From contig CBDCNP010000002.1 of assembly GCA_965219415.1 (NCBI GenBank), positions 1,248,001 to 1,312,000 on the forward strand: a stretch of DNA of 64,000 bases, in the 5' to 3' direction. The notes under the pieces are model-generated. The model was not told the DNA's origin. It saw nothing but the letters and a program-made list of their open reading frames with translations, and did not search any database. The DNA comes from Candidatus Marinacidobacterales bacterium (GTDB taxonomy: Bacteria; Acidobacteriota; Vicinamibacteria; Marinacidobacterales; DATDRI01). Below are positions 10,959-19,964 of the stretch, piece by piece (position 1 is the stretch's first letter; the number at the start of each line of letters is the position of its first letter). The position numbers and the translations under genes are program-made.

Positions 10959-11416
10959 GGCCTAGCCTCCTTTGCAGGTCTTCGAGTGTGTCACGGACAT
11001 GAGCAGGCCACTCGACGTTCGCATCCTGTTCCTCTATCCATGGTGCGACGACCTTCAGCTCCTCGTGATTGGGGGCGAGTGCGATGCAGTCGGGAAGATC
11101 GATGCCCCGGTCGCAAAGAGCAAAGAGCTTGCTCCTGAGCATGTCGGTTCGGCCCAGGGCAAACAGTCGCACGGCTCGCCCCTCGAATGCGCTCTGTACA
11201 CGGTCTCTCCAGCCTTCCGGCAGGACCTCCGCGAGGGTCATCGGACCGTTGTTGAGCCAGCTGTCTTTTCGGATGTAGGATGTCGCAGTCGCGGGTCTCC
11301 CGAGAGATCACGTCGAGGAGGCCGAGCGCCGCGCCTCCGACCACAATGGCCTCGAGCGCGAGGCCCCGCTTCGTCAGAAAAGCGTCGAGCCTTGCGAGAG
11401 TCTCCTTGGGTTTCAT
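10948..11416 (-). pseudogene. DUF6036-like nucleotidyltransferase, frameshifted with a probable internal deletion near 11260
   Basis: N-part IVVGGAALGL...RETRDCDIL in one frame; C-part SWLNNGPMTLAEVLPEGWRDR...SKLFALCDRGIDLPDC in another. Confidence 0.7.
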
Positions 11417-11439
11417 GGTATCATTTTAACTGATACCAT
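11415..11439. promoter_or_regulatory. 9-bp perfect inverted repeat (putative operator) around a -10-like TAAAAT on the minus strand
   Basis: ATGGTATCA-ttttaac-TGATACCAT; minus strand reads TAAAAT-gatacc-ATG with no Shine-Dalgarno. Confidence 0.6.
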
Positions 11440-11568
11440 CATCAGTCAACCTCGAAAAGAGTGGCGAACGGGAGCGTGGGCCCTAACTCTTTAAAATAAA
11501 AAGCTTAACCCTCAAGCAAGAATCCGACCGCGTCCGAACACCGGCACGGAAATCCCTAGCCCTGCCCG

Positions 11569-13551
11569 TCAGTCCGTCGAATCCGTGTGCGCACCATTGT
11601 GCTCGGCCAGGAAGGCAACCATCCGATGGTATTGGTCGCGGAGCGACCCGGTGTGGCTAAAGCCGTGCCCCTCCCCGACGTAGGCAACGTAGTCCACCGC
11701 CTTCCCCTCTTTGATCATGGCGTCGTAGAGAGACTCCCCTTGCTCGGGCACAACGCCGGGATCGTCCTGTCCCTGAAGGATGAGGAGCGGGGAGCGGGCT
11801 TCGGCAGCGTAGCGGATCGGTGCCGCGCGTTGCCAAATCCCCGGGTTCTCGGCCGGGTCGCCGAGCTTGGCGAGGACGCGGACGTTGTAGAGCTTCCTGT
11901 CGGGCTGCTCGAGCATGAGCTCCCAGTCGGAAACGCCCACGCGAGAGATCCCGGCGCTACAGACCTCAGGGGCCTTGGTGATCGCCAACATCGTCATGTA
12001 CCCGCCGTAGCTACTTCCCCAACAGGCGATCCGCCCTGGATCCACCCCCACCTCTTTCGCCAGGAACTCCGCGCCGGCCACCACGTCGTCGAGTTCGCCG
12101 CCAGCGTAGTCCCGGTAGTTGGCCCGCTCGAACTCGGCACCGTACCCGATGTGGGTTCCGCGCCAGTTGATGAAGAGCACGCTGTAACCCTGCTGCACCA
12201 GGTACTGGTGGAAAGCGTAGTAGCGCAGCCCTCCCCAACCCTTCAGATTGATGCCGCCCTTACCATGGAAGAAGAGGAGTCCCGGGCCTGACCGGACGTT
12301 CCCGCGAGGTCGTAGGAGAATGGCCGGGACCTCGGTACCATCGCGGCTGGGGTAGCGAACTGCCTCGGGATCGACGAAGCCCGCGGTCATTCCGGGATCG
12401 AGCCTCGACTCCGTCAGGTGAAAAACGGGAGCCCCCGGCGTAGCCTCCTGAACGACGATCTCCGGTGGCTCGGTCGTGCTCGACCGTCGGTAGGCCACGC
12501 GGCTGCCGTCCGGCGACCACGCCGGATTCGTGCAGAAACCATCGGGCGAGATCCGCACCGGCTCGCCACCATCGGCGTCCACCACCCATACGTGTCTTTC
12601 CTCGACGTCGCCGGCACGACTCCCGATGAAGACGATTCGATCCTCGGTGGGGGACCACCGGGGGTGGTAGTCGACGTACGGTCCGGTGGTGATCTCGACC
12701 GGCTCGCCTCCCGCGACGGGGGCGACCCAAACGTGGTTGTAACCGGTGCGGCTCGAAAGATACACGATGCGAGTTCCATCCGGGGAAAAGTGGTGGTTGC
12801 CGTCGAAGCGGAACTCCTCGACACCCCGCTCGTAGGTTTCGGTGACCAATTGTTTTTGCCCCGAGCCGTCGAGGTTGCTGATCCACATCTCGTAGCCCTT
12901 CCAGTCCTCGAACCGCCTGATGAAAACTAGGCGATCCGATGCGGGCGACCAGATGGGAGAGTCCTCGTCCCTCGACGTGGTGGCGATCATCTTCGCCTCA
13001 CCTCCCGACGCGGGTACGATGCCCACGTCGGTCTGGTATCCGAACCCCGCCGGCGAGCCCGGTCGCGCCAGCGAGTCTTCGCGCTGCACGAAGAACGCGA
13101 TGTGCTTTCCGTCCGGCGACCAGTTGAGCACCATCCCTCTCGAGGGATACTTTCCCTCCTCGGTCGTCAAGCGAGCGGGCCGGCCGCCTTCCAACGGGAT
13201 CTTCCAAATGTGATCCTTCGAGACGTACGCGAGATACTTCCCATCCGGGGAAATCGTGGGAACCGACCGGTCCGAAAGGGGCGCCAGCTGCCGGAGCGTT
13301 GGGGCTCCTGGCTGCCCTGGTCCCGTGGCATCCGCGTCCGCCGCCCACAGCTCGCTTTCCCCACCCCGGCTCCAGGAGAAAGACACCTCCCCGCCCCCAG
13401 GCAACCACGCGGGTGCCCCGGTGTCCTTGATCTCGAGGGCATCTTCGATCGTGATCGTGTGTGGCTCACTAGGCCCACCGGCAGTGCAAGCACAGGTCGC
13501 CCCGGCAAGGACCAGGAAGAGAACACAATTAATCCGTTTCCATGCGAGCAT
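11569..13551 (-). CDS. S9 family (prolyl oligopeptidase/acylaminoacyl) peptidase with PD40 propeller, probable lipoprotein
   Basis: Lipobox-like N-terminus; WSPDG repeats; triad GSSYGG / QGQDD / EGHGF. Confidence 0.9.
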   Translation of the reverse strand: MLAWKRINCVLFLVLAGATCACTAGGPSEPHTITIEDALEIKDTGAPAWLPGGGEVSFSWSRGGESELWAADADATGPGQPGAPTLRQLAPLSDRSVPTISPDGKYLAYVSKDHIWKIPLEGGRPARLTTEEGKYPSRGMVLNWSPDGKHIAFFVQREDSLARPGSPAGFGYQTDVGIVPASGGEAKMIATTSRDEDSPIWSPASDRLVFIRRFEDWKGYEMWISNLDGSGQKQLVTETYERGVEEFRFDGNHHFSPDGTRIVYLSSRTGYNHVWVAPVAGGEPVEITTGPYVDYHPRWSPTEDRIVFIGSRAGDVEERHVWVVDADGGEPVRISPDGFCTNPAWSPDGSRVAYRRSSTTEPPEIVVQEATPGAPVFHLTESRLDPGMTAGFVDPEAVRYPSRDGTEVPAILLRPRGNVRSGPGLLFFHGKGGINLKGWGGLRYYAFHQYLVQQGYSVLFINWRGTHIGYGAEFERANYRDYAGGELDDVVAGAEFLAKEVGVDPGRIACWGSSYGGYMTMLAITKAPEVCSAGISRVGVSDWELMLEQPDRKLYNVRVLAKLGDPAENPGIWQRAAPIRYAAEARSPLLILQGQDDPGVVPEQGESLYDAMIKEGKAVDYVAYVGEGHGFSHTGSLRDQYHRMVAFLAEHNGAHTDSTD

Positions 13552-13698
13552 CTGAAGCCTCCCTCTCGGCCAAGGGTGGGACGCTCGGGCGAGCGCCGGT
13601 CACGTTGACGTGCCTGCCCGTGGAGAGTACCTTGTTGCCGGCCCGACATCCACAAGCTCGTGGGAATACCGACTCGATGGATTAGGAGGAGGCACGCT

Positions 13699-15409
13699 TT
13701 GACGTCTCGGCAGCTCGCGATCGCCGCGGCCCTAGCCTGCTTCGTGACCTCCTGTGGGCCCTCCGCTCCCTCGTCGCAGTTCGAGATAACTTTTCCCAAG
13801 GCACTCCATGCAGGGCCGATCACGGGGCGCGTCTACCTGATCCTCTCGCCCGAGCCGAACAGCAACGCCCTTCGGCAGCGGAGTCTCGGGCACCAACCGG
13901 TCACGAACGCGCGGGGCGTCCCCTTCTTCGCGGTCGACGTCGATCGACTCGAACCGGGGCAAGCGGCGGTCATCGATGCGGCCACACTCGGTTATCCCAT
14001 CGAGAGACTCCGAGACCTCCTCGCCGGCGATTACTACGCGCAAGCCCTGTTCAACGTGTACACCGAATTCCACCGAGCCGATGGGCATTCGATATGGGCC
14101 CACATGGATCAATGGGAGGGCCAGCACTTCAATTGGGCGCCCGGGAACCTCTTTAGTAACGAACGGCTCGTGAGCCTGGATCCCGACGCAGGCTACGCGG
14201 TTAAGATCGAAGTGACCGAGAAGCTCCCACCGATCGAGTTGCCCGAGGACGACCCATGGGTCCAGCGAGTGAAGTTCGAGAGCAGACTGCTAACCGAGTT
14301 TTTGGGTCGCCCGATATTCATCGGCGCCACCGTCCTCCTGCCACGTGGCTACGACACACACCCCCGACGTTTACTACCCGACCGTCTACCAGCAAGGGCA
14401 CTTCAGTCTCAATCCCGCGTTCGGTTTCCAAACCGAGCCGGCCGACGAGTCGCCGGCAGCCAAGGCGGCGCGGCTCGAGCGCGGGGTCGAGAACGGATTC
14501 GAGTTCTATCAGTCGTGGCGGAGCGACGACTTCCCGCGGATGATCGCGGTCACTTTCCAACATCCTACACCCTATTTCGATGATTCCTACGCGGTGAACT
14601 CAGCGAACAACGGGCCGTACGCGGACGCGATCCTGACGGAACTGATCCCGTATCTCGAGGAACGATACCGGATGATCCCTCACTCATACGCCCGCATGCT
14701 CACCGGCGGTTCTACCGGCGGGTACGAGGCATTGGCGCTTCAAGTTCATCATCCAACGACTTTCGGCGGCGCCTGGGTATACTATCCAGACCCCATCGAT
14801 TTTCGACAGCTCTTCCTGATCAATATCTACGAGGACGACAACGCTTTCGAAGCGCCAGGATGGAGCCTCAGCCAACTCTCACCGGAGCGCTATGCATTCC
14901 GTGCCGTCGACGGGCAGCCGATTCAGAGTATCCGGGACCTCAGCCGTCTCGCCTCGGTTCTCGGACGCCGAGGGCGATCCACCGACTACTTGGAGGCGTG
15001 GGAGGCCTCGTTTGGACCCGTGGGCGATGACGGTTACCCCAAGCCGCTGTGGGACAAGCGGACCGGAGAGATCGATCGCGAAGTCGCCCTCTACTGGAGA
15101 GACAATGGGTACGACCTCCGATACTACCTCGAGCAAAACTGGCCCCGCATCGGACGAGACTTGGTGGGCAAGCTGCACTTTATCTGCGGAGACATGGACA
15201 ACTACTACTTCAACCAGCCGGTCGACCTCATGGAAGAGTTTCTCGAAAGCACGACCACGCCCTACTACGCCGGCTCGTTCCGGTTTGGGCGGCCGAGTAA
15301 GGGACACGGGTGGACCCCCATCACCAACGCGGAGCTCTTGAAGGAAATGGCGGGTCATATCACAAAGAACACCCCGCCCAACGAAAGCACAAAGCTGTGG
15401 AAGTACTAG
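13699..15409 (+). CDS. Exported esterase-family alpha/beta hydrolase (lipoprotein), frameshifted near 14366
   Basis: AGGAGG then TTG at 13699; lipobox-like FVTSC; VLLPRGYDTHP joins DVYYPTVY if one C is removed from the CCCCC run; GGSTGG nucleophile motif. Confidence 0.8.
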
Positions 15410-15463
15410 CTGGGGCGATCAGAAAACACGCCTTTCATTCTTCATAACAGGAGAAACATAGAA

Positions 15464-15886
15464 ATGAGTAACCTCAGTGACACGGACCACACAGAAGAGG
15501 AAAGGGCCAATATTGCCCTGGTAAGAACCCATATAGAAGGTTTCGCAGAACACGATATCGAGCGGTCCCTTTCTGTCGTTTCAGATGACGTCGTGGATGA
15601 AGATTTTGGAGAACCTCCCAAGAACGGCCGAGGGGAGCTTGAAGAGGAGATACGGGGATACCTTGCTTCGTTTCCAGATCTGAAATGGAGTATTGACAAT
15701 TTATTTGCTCATGGCGATCAGGTCTTGGTAGAAATCTCGGGAATAGGCACAAGGAGCACGAAGGCCGTAGACGGAGGGAAACCTGGAACGAGGGTGCAAT
15801 TCTGGGTCGCATCGGTGGAGCATGTGCGCGAAGGTAAGATCGATCGTATGCGTGCCTACATTGTCCAAGAGGAGCTTGATAAGTAA
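15464..15886 (+). CDS. SnoaL/NTF2-like (ester cyclase family) protein
   Basis: 140 aa; SFPDLKW, GDQV and REGKI patterns; RBS AGGAG; visibly lower GC than neighbours. Confidence 0.75.
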   Translation: MSNLSDTDHTEEERANIALVRTHIEGFAEHDIERSLSVVSDDVVDEDFGEPPKNGRGELEEEIRGYLASFPDLKWSIDNLFAHGDQVLVEISGIGTRSTKAVDGGKPGTRVQFWVASVEHVREGKIDRMRAYIVQEELDK

Positions 15887-15933
15887 CCGGTCAGCGGGAA
15901 ATTACTCGCTATCACCAGAGCCGATGATGAGCG

Positions 15934-17241
15934 ATGTGGGGACCGGAGCCCTCTAGCCGATTTCATAGGCACCGGCTATTCCTGACGGTACTGCTGTTCA
16001 TCGGGTACGTCGGCTACTATTTCTGCCGCGTGACGCTCCCCGTCGCGCTACCGGTCATCGGCGACATCTTCCAGTATTCCCATACCGAAACCGGCCTCAT
16101 CCTTTCCGCGTACTACACCCTCTATGCCGTCGCGAAACTCGCCAACGGATTCCTGGGTGATCGAATCGGCGGCAAGGTCATGCTACTCGTCGGCATCGCC
16201 GGCTCCGTCGCCTGCAACATCGCGTTCGGCTTTGGGCGCGAGCTGACGTTCTTCGTCTTGATTTGGGCAACCAACGCCTACTTCCAGTCGATGGGTTGGC
16301 TTTCCATCGTGCCCATCATGGCCCGGTGGTACACGAGTAGAGAGACTGGGCGAGTGATGGGAGTCATGTCGCTGAGCTATCAAATCGGAGATTTCGTCGC
16401 CAGAACGTCCGCAGCGTTCTTGATCGTCGCCATCGGCTGGTCGGGCTTGTTTTGGACGCACGCGGCTTTCTTAGCACTAGTCGGAATCGCGCTCGCAACG
16501 TTCGTCAAACCATCGCCGGCGAGGCAGGGGCTTCCCGATATCGACGAATACGCGGCCGTCATCGCCTCGGGGGATCCACAAGAACCCGGTGCCGCTTCCC
16601 GGCGCCACGAGGAGTTGCCAGCTCGGACCGAGGCGAACCGCTGGCTGCGCGGGATGCTTTCGAACAAGTGGTTCTGGGTCGTTTGCCTAAGCTATCTCTT
16701 CCTCTCGATCATTCGGTACATCTTCTGGGGCTGGTCGGTGGATTACCTGATGCAGAGCGGGGCGGGAATTGGAACCGCCGCCCTCACTTCCGCGATCTTC
16801 CCCCTACTGGGCTCGGCGGGCTCGATCACGACGGGTTGGATTTCGGACAGAATGGGCGCGCGACGAGGCCCGGTCTTGGCCATCATGGGTGTACTCTTGA
16901 CCGGTTCCCTCTACTTGTTCAGCCAAGTACCGGGGGATGAGACGATGTGGCTGATGATCTCCTTGGGCCTGGTCGGCTTTACACTCTACGGGCCGTACTC
17001 CTTGCTGGCCGGGGCGGTTGCGATGGATTTCGGGTGGAAGTACTCATCGGCCACCGCGGCGGGGATTATCGACGCGGTCGGGTCGGTGGGGGCGATCCTT
17101 ACCGGAGTCGGGATGGGCTTTCTCATCGACACTTACGGCTGGCAGGACGCGTTCAACATCATCTTGGTCATGGCGGTGGTCTCGAGCTTCTTGAATTTCA
17201 CGCTATGGAACCTTCGTCCGCTCCGCGATGGGCGGGATTAG
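15934..17241 (+). CDS. MFS transporter, GlpT/UhpC (OPA)-like
   Basis: About 12 hydrophobic segments; YYFCR; motif A GFLGDRIG and GWISDRMG. Confidence 0.88.
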   Translation: MWGPEPSSRFHRHRLFLTVLLFIGYVGYYFCRVTLPVALPVIGDIFQYSHTETGLILSAYYTLYAVAKLANGFLGDRIGGKVMLLVGIAGSVACNIAFGFGRELTFFVLIWATNAYFQSMGWLSIVPIMARWYTSRETGRVMGVMSLSYQIGDFVARTSAAFLIVAIGWSGLFWTHAAFLALVGIALATFVKPSPARQGLPDIDEYAAVIASGDPQEPGAASRRHEELPARTEANRWLRGMLSNKWFWVVCLSYLFLSIIRYIFWGWSVDYLMQSGAGIGTAALTSAIFPLLGSAGSITTGWISDRMGARRGPVLAIMGVLLTGSLYLFSQVPGDETMWLMISLGLVGFTLYGPYSLLAGAVAMDFGWKYSSATAAGIIDAVGSVGAILTGVGMGFLIDTYGWQDAFNIILVMAVVSSFLNFTLWNLRPLRDGRD

Positions 17242-17250
17242 CCGAGGACC

Positions 17251-18270
17251 GTGCCGATGCAAGCGACTCGCTGGATAAATGCCGTGGATACGCACACCGA
17301 GGGAGAGCCGACTCGAATCGTCACCGGAGGGATCGCGCACATCGCCGGGAGCACCATGGCCGAGAAGCTAGCGTACTTCCGGAAGCACATGGACGGCCTC
17401 CGCACGGCGCTCGTCGCCGAGCCCAGGGGCCACAAGGATATGTACGGGTGCGTGCTAACCGAGCCGCTGACCCCGGACGCCGCTTGGGGTGTTTTCTTCA
17501 TGGACAACGGTGGCTACATGACCATGTGTGGGCACGCCACCGTCGGGGTCTCGACGGCGCTCGTCGAACTCGGAATGGTTCCCGTCGAAGAGCCGCTTAC
17601 GCGATTCAAGCTGGAAACGCCGGCCGGCCTCGTCGAATCGAGCGTCAGCGTGAAGGACGGGAGAGCGGAGAGCGTCACTTTCCGTAACGTCCCGGCCTTT
17701 GCCGAACGGCTAGACGTGTCTTTGTCCGTGCCTGGTCTGGGTCAACTCGAAGTCGACATCGCCTACGGAGGCAACTGGTTCGTGTTCTTCAGTGCCCGAG
17801 ACGTCGGTGTCGACGTGTCGCTTCAAAACATCAAGAACGTCGTGGACGTCGGGATGCGCGTCATGGAAGCAGCCAACGAGCATCTTTCGGTCCAACATCC
17901 TGAGGTCGAGCAGAGCAATCGCATCAACATCGCCACCATCCTTACCGAGCCTAAGGATCCTGAAAGGACGTACCGGAACGTGCACGTCTTCGGTCCGCGA
18001 CAGTTCGACCGGTCGCCGGGCGGCACCGGAACGTGCGCCCGGATGGCGGTCCTCCACGCCAAGGGTCAATTAAAAGTGAGCGAGGAAGTGTGGGTCGAAA
18101 GCGTTACCGACGGTGTCTTTCGGGGCCGGATCCTCGAAGAAACCGACGTCGCGGGCCGCAAGGCGGTGGTACCCGAGATAACGGGCGCCGCCCACATCAC
18201 CGGGTTTCATCAGTTTGTTTTGGATCCCGACGATCGTTTGAGATCGGGTTTTCCGACCGAATGGGCTTAG
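17251..18270 (+). CDS. Proline racemase superfamily protein with atypical second catalytic site
   Basis: DTHTEGEPTR, EPRGH, MCGH, DIAYGGN, DRSPGGTGT. Confidence 0.9.
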   Translation: MPMQATRWINAVDTHTEGEPTRIVTGGIAHIAGSTMAEKLAYFRKHMDGLRTALVAEPRGHKDMYGCVLTEPLTPDAAWGVFFMDNGGYMTMCGHATVGVSTALVELGMVPVEEPLTRFKLETPAGLVESSVSVKDGRAESVTFRNVPAFAERLDVSLSVPGLGQLEVDIAYGGNWFVFFSARDVGVDVSLQNIKNVVDVGMRVMEAANEHLSVQHPEVEQSNRINIATILTEPKDPERTYRNVHVFGPRQFDRSPGGTGTCARMAVLHAKGQLKVSEEVWVESVTDGVFRGRILEETDVAGRKAVVPEITGAAHITGFHQFVLDPDDRLRSGFPTEWA

Positions 18271-18274
18271 CGAG

Positions 18275-19951
18275 TTAGTAGGTTACCGCACCGCCGGAGC
18301 CCCACAGCGCGCCGCTCCGGGGATCGATGAGGATGACGTTGAGCGCTCGGCCCGGCCGCTCGGAGTCGATGATGCGGTGTCCCCGGGCTTCCAGCTCCTT
18401 TTTCACGTCACTCGAGATCCCGCTGTCCACACTGATATCGGTACCGGGTACGTAGGGAATCGAGTTTCGAAGATAGCGGAGGATGAATCGCGGCCCGGAG
18501 GCTGCTTTTTCCACGTCCATCCGAAAGTCCATCACGTTGAGAAGTGTTTGAAGGATCGTCTGAGGAATAGTCCATCCTCCGGCCGCACCGAGGGCAAGAT
18601 AAGGCCTTTCGCCCCGGAACACAATGGTTGGACTCATCACGAAGCGGGGCCGTTTCCCTCCCAGGATCTCATCCGGGTGGCCCGGTTCGAGACTGAAATA
18701 GCACATCCCGTTGTTGAAAAAGACGCCCGTCTCCGGTACGACCACACCGGAGGCGTACATTAGAGTCTGCGTGATGGTGACGATGTTGTGGTCCTTGTCG
18801 ACGACGGTGTGGTGACTGGTGTGCTCGCCGAGCTTCGAGGTGGAGTCGGGACGGGCCGCGGGGTAAAACTGCGCCTCCGCCTTGTTGATTCGCTCTCGTT
18901 GCTGCGCGGCGTATTCCTTGGAGATGAGTTTCTCGAGCGGTAGTTCCGGTCGCGGCCTCCCCGAGTTGTAGACATCGTCGTCCAAAAACCCGAGCTTTTC
19001 TACCTCGGCCACGAGATGAATGTACTCGAGGCTGTTGCGCTCCAGGGCCTCGAGATCGTAGCCCTCGAGAACGTTTAGCCACTGGAGGATCGTCATCCCA
19101 GAAGAGCCCGGGCCATGGGTCAGAACGCGATAGTCCCGGTAGGTCGTCGCGATCGGTTCGCTCCACCGCACCCGATAGGCCGCCAGGTCGGCCGCGGTCA
19201 TGAGGCCCCCGTTGGCTTGGAAGTGCTCCGCGACGTTCTTCGCGATCGCTCCTTCGTAGAACTCGGCCGGACCGTTCGCCGCGATGGCTTTGAGGGTTTC
19301 GGCGAGATCCTTCTGCACCCAAACCTCTCCGGGTTTCCACGGGTCCTTGCCGTCGGTGAAGATACCGCGCCCGTAAGGGTAGCGCTTGACCACCGACATC
19401 TCGCCCGTGGTCATCGAACGTTGCACGCGCGGTGTGAGTGGGAATCCGTTTTCGGCGTACTCAATGGCGGGAGCGAAAATTTGGGCCCAGCTCAACGATC
19501 CATAACGCTCGTGGATGGCGGCCCAGCCCGCAACATTGCCCGGTACCAAAGGCGCGAGATAACCGGTGGTCGCGCGTTTCGCGAAATCCCAAAGCTTATC
19601 GCCCTGGTACATTTCCACCGTCGCCGACTGGGGCGCGGTGCCTATGAAATCGAGAGCTACCGTCTCCTTGGACTCGGAATCATAGAGCAGGGCGTATCCG
19701 CCCACACCTCCCATTCCCGCCATGAACGGGTTGACCACCGCAAGAACCGCCGCCGAAGCGATCGCGGCGTCGAAGGCGTTCCCTCCTTCCTGCAGGATGC
19801 GGAGACCGGCGTGCGAAGCGAGATGATGAGACGTGGTGACCAAGCCATTGCGCCCGATGATGGATTGGGCCGATGACGTGCGGCTCGGAACGGTGACGAG
19901 AGAAGCAGCAAGAACAAGGACCGTCAAACGCACCTGGATTCGAGCATTCAT
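18275..19951 (-). CDS. Gamma-glutamyltransferase-family Ntn hydrolase, exported, paralog 1
   Basis: Signal peptide; GGNAFDAA; VPG; Thr nucleophile in EH/TSHHTVVD; AAGG oxyanion loop. Confidence 0.88.
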   Translation of the reverse strand: MNARIQVRLTVLVLAASLVTVPSRTSSAQSIIGRNGLVTTSHHLASHAGLRILQEGGNAFDAAIASAAVLAVVNPFMAGMGGVGGYALLYDSESKETVALDFIGTAPQSATVEMYQGDKLWDFAKRATTGYLAPLVPGNVAGWAAIHERYGSLSWAQIFAPAIEYAENGFPLTPRVQRSMTTGEMSVVKRYPYGRGIFTDGKDPWKPGEVWVQKDLAETLKAIAANGPAEFYEGAIAKNVAEHFQANGGLMTAADLAAYRVRWSEPIATTYRDYRVLTHGPGSSGMTILQWLNVLEGYDLEALERNSLEYIHLVAEVEKLGFLDDDVYNSGRPRPELPLEKLISKEYAAQQRERINKAEAQFYPAARPDSTSKLGEHTSHHTVVDKDHNIVTITQTLMYASGVVVPETGVFFNNGMCYFSLEPGHPDEILGGKRPRFVMSPTIVFRGERPYLALGAAGGWTIPQTILQTLLNVMDFRMDVEKAASGPRFILRYLRNSIPYVPGTDISVDSGISSDVKKELEARGHRIIDSERPGRALNVILIDPRSGALWGSGGAVTY

Positions 19952-19964
19952 GAGTTTCTCACCG

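Noticed and set aside
14345-14380. Programmed frameshift or phase variation in the esterase gene
   Set aside because: The C5 run and short AC repeat are too short for a typical contingency locus and there is no slippery heptamer; a simple indel is more likely
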